A stretch of DNA of 64,000 nucleotides, taken from positions 2,306 through 66,305 of the forward strand of contig JANOAX010000170.1 of NCBI GenBank assembly GCA_031411335.1. The letters are read 5' to 3'. Of the stretch, positions 59,428 through 64,000 are shown piece after piece. The position numbers were made by a program, and so were the translations under genes. The notes under the pieces are model-generated. The model saw nothing but the letters and a program-made list of their open reading frames with translations, searched no databases and was not told the origin of the DNA. The number at the start of each line of letters is the position of its first letter. The stretch's first letter is position 1. The stretch is from Bacteroidota bacterium (GTDB taxonomy: Bacteria > Bacteroidota > Bacteroidia > AKYH767-A > OLB10).

Positions 59428-60326
59428 CCCGTAGCTTTAAAGCCCACATAGCAGTATTAACTGCAAACATTATTTACAGTGCGAATTATTCGATCGCAAA
59501 GGAGGTAATGCCTAGTTTTATTAAGCCATTTGGATTCATTGTGATTCGAGTTTGTGTAGCCGCTATTTTATTTTTTGTGGCCGCTAAATTATTTTTTCAT
59601 GAAAAAATTGAAAAGTCAGATTGGCCCCGACTCATTGCCTGTGCCGTTTTTGGGGTTGCGGTAAATCAATTATTGTTTTTTAAAGGATTGTCGTTAACCA
59701 GTCCCATCAATGCCGGACTCATGATGGTAACAAATCCCATTTTCGTTTTGGGATTGTCGGTCATGTTTTTAGGAGAAGTAATTAATTTAAATCGTTTCAT
59801 CGGCATCATCTGCGGAATTTCAGGAGCCATAATATTAATCATTTACGGAAATCGTTTTTCTTCAATACAAAGTGATCCTTTTGGTGATTTATGCATCTTG
59901 CTGAATTCACTTTCTTATGCGATGTATATCATCTTGGTTTTACCCTTAATGAAAAAGTATCATCCCATTACCATCATGCAAATTGTTTTTGCATTGGGCT
60001 CATTGTTGGTATTGCCTTTTGGATGGGAGGAATTTAGGAGTATTGAATGGAATACATTCCCGACCAATACCTGGTGGAGCGTTATTTTTGTAGTGATCGG
60101 AACTACTTTTTTCGCCTATCTCCTCAATACACTCGCCTTGCGCGAACTCAGTGCAGGGGTGGTGAGTGTTTATATTTATTTGCAACCCTTAATGGCAGCA
60201 GGATTTGCTATGTTGTTTGGAAAAGATGTTCCCAACGTTTTACATTTAATAGCAGCCCTATTAATTTTTATCGGAGTATGGCTTACAACAAAAAGTGTTG
60301 TGAAAAAACAAGTAAATAGTATTTAA
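59424..60326 (+). CDS. EamA/DMT-family transporter
   Basis: 10 predicted TM helices in two 5-TM halves, typical of the drug/metabolite transporter superfamily. 4-bp overlap with the upstream gene. Confidence 0.7.
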   Translation: MTRSFKAHIAVLTANIIYSANYSIAKEVMPSFIKPFGFIVIRVCVAAILFFVAAKLFFHEKIEKSDWPRLIACAVFGVAVNQLLFFKGLSLTSPINAGLMMVTNPIFVLGLSVMFLGEVINLNRFIGIICGISGAIILIIYGNRFSSIQSDPFGDLCILLNSLSYAMYIILVLPLMKKYHPITIMQIVFALGSLLVLPFGWEEFRSIEWNTFPTNTWWSVIFVVIGTTFFAYLLNTLALRELSAGVVSVYIYLQPLMAAGFAMLFGKDVPNVLHLIAALLIFIGVWLTTKSVVKKQVNSI

Positions 60327-60512
60327 TAAGTTATTCCCCACACCCGCGACCGCCGCGAAACCGTTGCGACCGTCGCGTTTAAACTGTAAATATTATGGAT
60401 CCACGAGCTTTTTCGACATAGACACTTCATGTTTTTCCGAAAAATTAAATAATTTTGTCGCTCTCTTTAATAGTAATTACCCGGAGAAAATTAGTAGAAC
60501 AAGAACCACCCC

Positions 60513-60968
60513 ATGATTTTTAGACAAGCCACCCAAGAAGATATCCTCCCCATGCAAGTGGTGAGAAATGCCGTAAAGGAAAATGTTTTATCTGATCCTT
60601 CCGTTATTTCAAATGCTTCTTATATCCCTTATTTAGAAACGCGCGGAATGGGTTGGGTGTGCTCTATAAAAAATCAAATTGTTGGATTTGCCATTTTAGA
60701 TAATCAAGAAAAAAATGTTTGGGCATTGTTCGTGTCACCCAACTTTGAAGGTCGAGGCATAGCTCAAGAACTGCAGCGTATCATGTTGAAAGAATATTTC
60801 GCGCATACGCAAGAAGCCTTATGGTTAGGGACAGCTCCTACTACTCGCGCAGAAAATTTTTACAGAGAATCTGGCTGGAAGGATATAGGAATGCATGGTA
60901 AGAACGAAATTAAGTTCGAAATGACCTACGATGTTTGGAATAGTAAGTTTAACCGCCGGCTTTTATAG
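60513..60968 (+). CDS. GNAT family N-acetyltransferase
   Basis: 151 aa. The VSPNFEGRGIAQEL motif (R-x-x-G-x-A) is the acetyl-CoA binding segment. Confidence 0.6.
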   Translation: MIFRQATQEDILPMQVVRNAVKENVLSDPSVISNASYIPYLETRGMGWVCSIKNQIVGFAILDNQEKNVWALFVSPNFEGRGIAQELQRIMLKEYFAHTQEALWLGTAPTTRAENFYRESGWKDIGMHGKNEIKFEMTYDVWNSKFNRRLL

Positions 60969-61097
60969 TTAGGTGATAAGTGAAGATTTTCAGGCTGTTT
61001 TTATAATTGCTGTTACTAGAGAAGACTGAGGAGAGGACCTCCCCCTGTATTTTATTATCTCCTCGAAAAAATGTATTTTTGCGCATAAATCAATATT

Positions 61098-61970
61098 ATG
61101 GTACGATCAATGACAGGCTATGGTAACGCCAAAGGTCTCGTAGGAAACCAAAACGTTACAGTAGAAATCCGATCTCTCAACAGTAAATTTCTGGAATTGA
61201 ATCTTCGGATGCCCATGCAGTTTCGTGATCGCGAATTAGAACTTCGTTCCGATTTAAGTAAGCAACTGGAAAGAGGAAAAGCGGATTTAAGCATTTCTTT
61301 TGAAAGCAATGAACTCGCTAAACGTAGTTCTGTAAACAAGGAAATTTTTAATGCCTATTACGAAGAACTTTCTGCGTTAGGAAAGGAATATAATTTGAAT
61401 GATGTCAATTTGCTGGATTGTATTTTAAAACTTCCTGCGGTGATGAATGCCGAACGTCAAGAATCGGATGAAGAGCAATGGAAAGAATTGAAGGTGGTAA
61501 TTAACGCTGCTCTCGAGCGCTTCAATGCTTTTCGTGATAATGAAGGTGCCGCATTGAGTAAAGATATTACCATGCGTGTAGATACCATCTCGAATTGCAT
61601 TCCGCAACTAGAAGAGTTTGAGACAAAGCGAGTAGAAGGTGTGCGTGCAAAAATAAGTAAAGCGATCAATGAATTGATTGAGCAAACGTCCATTGACCGG
61701 AATCGCTTCGAGCAAGAATTGATTTATTATATTGAAAAGTTAGATATCAGCGAAGAGAAAGTTCGTTTGCGTAGTCACTGCGAATATTTTGTGCAAACCA
61801 TTGCTAATCCCGAAGCCAACGGAAAAAAATTGGGATTCATCACCCAGGAAATAGGAAGAGAAATTAATACCATCGGCGCCAAAGCCAATGATGCACCCAT
61901 GCAACGTATCGTGGTTGAAATGAAAGATGAATTGGAAAAATTAAAAGAACAACTGGCAAACGTACTTTGA
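61098..61970 (+). CDS. yicC: YicC-family stress-induced protein
   Basis: N-terminus MVRSMTGYG (compare YicC MIRSMTGFG). 290 aa. C-terminal DUF1732-like region (EKLDISEEKVRLRSH...GFITQEIGREINTIGAKAND). The usual yicC-gmk arrangement is present. Confidence 0.75.
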   Translation: MVRSMTGYGNAKGLVGNQNVTVEIRSLNSKFLELNLRMPMQFRDRELELRSDLSKQLERGKADLSISFESNELAKRSSVNKEIFNAYYEELSALGKEYNLNDVNLLDCILKLPAVMNAERQESDEEQWKELKVVINAALERFNAFRDNEGAALSKDITMRVDTISNCIPQLEEFETKRVEGVRAKISKAINELIEQTSIDRNRFEQELIYYIEKLDISEEKVRLRSHCEYFVQTIANPEANGKKLGFITQEIGREINTIGAKANDAPMQRIVVEMKDELEKLKEQLANVL

Positions 61971-62578
61971 AAACCAACCCTAACTTCCTTCATAAGCTGG
62001 TGCTGTTCTGCGGTCCAAGTGGGAGCGGAAAAACAACCATTGTTCATCATTTGATGCAACAGTTTCCGATGATGCGTTTTAGTGTGTCGGCAACAACGCG
62101 TGAAAAACGTGCGAATGAAGAACACGGAAAAGATTATTATTTTTTGAGTGTAGATGAATTCAAAGAAAAAATTAATAACAACGAATTTTTAGAGTGGGAG
62201 GAAGTCTATAAAGATCGATTTTATGGAACGCTGAAAAACGAAGTGGAGCGTATTTTAAATGATGGTTACGTGGCTATTTTTGATGTGGATGTGGAAGGCG
62301 GATTGCATATTCGAAAACAATTTGGTCGACAATTACTCGACGTTTTTGTAATGCCACCCTCTGTGGATGATTTGCATAAACGATTAGTGGCAAGGGCTAC
62401 GGAGTCGGAAGATTCGTTGTTTAAGCGATTAGACAAAGCAGAGAAGGAAATGAATTATGCCTTTCGTTTCAATCATGTCATTGTGAATTCGGTTTTAGAA
62501 GATGCAAAATTAGAGGCAGTGAAAATAGTAAAGGAATTTTTAGAAGATACCATCCCTGAACCGGATGAGGAATCATAA
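61967..62578 (+). CDS. gmk: Guanylate kinase
   Basis: P-loop GPSGSGKTT followed by SVSATTR...R..E..G.DY.F, the guanylate kinase signature. 4-bp overlap with yicC. Confidence 0.85.
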   Translation: MKTNPNFLHKLVLFCGPSGSGKTTIVHHLMQQFPMMRFSVSATTREKRANEEHGKDYYFLSVDEFKEKINNNEFLEWEEVYKDRFYGTLKNEVERILNDGYVAIFDVDVEGGLHIRKQFGRQLLDVFVMPPSVDDLHKRLVARATESEDSLFKRLDKAEKEMNYAFRFNHVIVNSVLEDAKLEAVKIVKEFLEDTIPEPDEES

Positions 62579-62594
62579 ACTGTAAGTTCATCAC

Positions 62595-63170
62595 ATGAAA
62601 ATCGGACTTTACTTCGGCTCTTTTAATCCCATTCACAGCGGACATCTGGTGATTGCGGGATACATGGCTGAGTTTAGTGATTTGAAGCAAGTGTGGATGG
62701 TGGTATCGCCGCACAATCCACTAAAGCCTGCTGGAACATTACTGCAAGATTACCATCGCTTTCATTTAGTAGAGCTCGGAATCGGCAACAATAAAAAATT
62801 GAAAGCGTCTAAAATTGAATTTGAATTAGCGCGTCCATCGTATACTGTAGTTACGCTCGCTTATTTGCAGGATAAATATCCAAAGCATGAATTTTCACTC
62901 ATCATGGGTGCCGATAATTTAGAGAATTTACACAAATGGAAAAATTTTGAATTGATATTAGAGCATCACGATATCTACGTGTACCCTCGACCAAATCACG
63001 ACGGAGGCAATCTAAAAGATCATTCACGCGTGAAATGGATCGATGCACCGCAAATGGAAATATCATCCTCCTTCATTCGTAAATCCATCAAGGAAGGAAA
63101 AGACGTGCGCTACATGATGCCCGAAACCGTTGGTGATTATATTGATGAAATGAATTTTTATAAAAAATAA
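62595..63170 (+). CDS. nadD: Nicotinate-nucleotide adenylyltransferase
   Basis: GLYFGSFNPIHSGHL has the (H/T)xGH nucleotidyltransferase motif in NadD context. ISSSFIR is the C-terminal SxxxxR motif. Confidence 0.8.
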   Translation: MKIGLYFGSFNPIHSGHLVIAGYMAEFSDLKQVWMVVSPHNPLKPAGTLLQDYHRFHLVELGIGNNKKLKASKIEFELARPSYTVVTLAYLQDKYPKHEFSLIMGADNLENLHKWKNFELILEHHDIYVYPRPNHDGGNLKDHSRVKWIDAPQMEISSSFIRKSIKEGKDVRYMMPETVGDYIDEMNFYKK

Positions 63171-63240
63171 TTTTTTAGAAGAGGTATCACAGAACTTCTC
63201 GTTTGGCTCGAAATTTCAATTGTTAAATATTAATTCAGTT

Positions 63241-63290
63241 TTAACACTAAAGCCACTAGAGAACACTAGAGAACACTTTAGGACACTTGT
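63241..63290. repeat. Tandem CACTAGAGAACAC words related to the 7188-7541 repeat unit
   Basis: aaagccactagagaacactagagaacactttaggacacttg, compare aaaggcactagaggacacaatag at 7193 and 7370. Confidence 0.6.
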
Positions 63291-63425
63291 TAGCACGAAG
63301 TCTTTTATTTAGTTATGAATAAATCTGCGCCAATCCGATTTATCCCTTTTATCCGTGTTCAAATTTTCAGCAATCAAGTTTCTTACTTCTTGTTTGCTGT
63401 TATCGCGAAGCCTTGCGAAAAGAAA

Positions 63426-64000
63426 CTACGCAAGAACCGTATTTAATATCGAATCAAAAATCATCTTCCCATCCGTATTACCCAGCACTGCATCACTTGC
63501 TCTCTCCGGATGTGGCATCATTCCAAAAACATTTCTATTGCGGTTGCAAATACCCGCGATGTTTTCGATTGCTCCGTTCGGATTACTTTCTTTGGTGACG
63601 TTTCCATCCGCATCGCAATAACGAAACAACACCTGATTGTTTTTATTGATCTCGGTTAATGTAGGCTCGTCACAATAAAATCTTCCTTCGCCGTGTGCAA
63701 TCGGAATTTGAATGGTTTTGCCAATTTTAAATTTCGAAGTGATCACCGATTCATCGGTCTCGCAACGAATGTTTACATTCTTGCAAACGAATTGATGATT
63801 ATCGTTGCTCAATAAAGCGCCGGGTAATAAATGTGATTCCGTTAAAATTTGAAATCCGTTGCAAATACCAAAAACAAATCCACCCTTATCCGCAAATTCA
63901 ATGATCTCTTGCATCAATGGAGAAAAACGAGCAATGGCACCACTGCGTAAATAATCGCCGTACGAAAATCCACCGGGCAATAAAATAAAATCACATCCTT
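63426..64000 (-). CDS. purQ: Phosphoribosylformylglycinamidine synthase subunit PurQ (glutaminase), 5' end beyond window
   Basis: ...LLPGGFSYGDYLRSGAIARF...FGICNGFQIL...MMPHPERA carries the class-I glutamine amidotransferase triad context (GICNGFQ Cys; HPE His/Glu) of PurQ. The reading frame continues past position 64000. Confidence 0.8.
   Translation of the reverse strand, partial: GCDFILLPGGFSYGDYLRSGAIARFSPLMQEIIEFADKGGFVFGICNGFQILTESHLLPGALLSNDNHQFVCKNVNIRCETDESVITSKFKIGKTIQIPIAHGEGRFYCDEPTLTEINKNNQVLFRYCDADGNVTKESNPNGAIENIAGICNRNRNVFGMMPHPERASDAVLGNTDGKMIFDSILNTVLA

Noticed and set aside
61020-61065. gaggagaggacctcc segment as another copy of the 54484/56469 hairpin family
   Set aside because: Only a short GAGGAGAGG word is shared and the hairpin arms do not pair, so it is too weak to call as a family member.

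Overview
This 64 kb window reads as a Bacteroidota chromosomal segment of roughly 38-40% GC, with many type IX secretion (T9SS) C-terminal sorting domains and TAnnTTTG-like promoter elements. I infer the taxon from the sequence; no database search was run. Recognisable housekeeping genes include a truncated Fe/Mn superoxide dismutase at the left edge, thiL, a DUF47/Pit phosphate-transport pair, the complete sufA-B-C-D-S-E-T Fe-S assembly operon, a polyprenyl synthase and dnaG. Further right are an M23 peptidase, an AsmA-family protein, an orphan histidine kinase, hemW, yicC, gmk, nadD and a truncated purQ at the right edge. Between these lie accessory-looking blocks rich in secreted T9SS cargo proteins. 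The two most striking are a 1264-aa cargo protein whose N-terminal domain aligns by eye to the lysyl oxidase (LOX) copper amine oxidase catalytic domain and is followed by a proprotein-convertase P-domain and Ig-like repeats, and a membrane H+/Na+-pyrophosphatase carrying a ~175-aa Cys/Met/His-rich, metallothionein-like C-terminal tail. The pyrophosphatase heads an apparent operon with a YidD-like protein, two paralogous membrane proteins, a WD40 propeller and a small secreted protein. Intergenic DNA is unusually repetitive: different heptamer/octamer microsatellites sit immediately after several stop codons, a 177-bp tandem repeat with a 19-nt palindrome lies upstream of suf, a 16-bp perfect palindrome CCCGATAGCTATCGGG occurs three times, and several short hairpin or 'stuttering word' repeat families flank the T9SS cargo genes. 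No rRNA, tRNA, CRISPR array, transposase or integrase was recognised.
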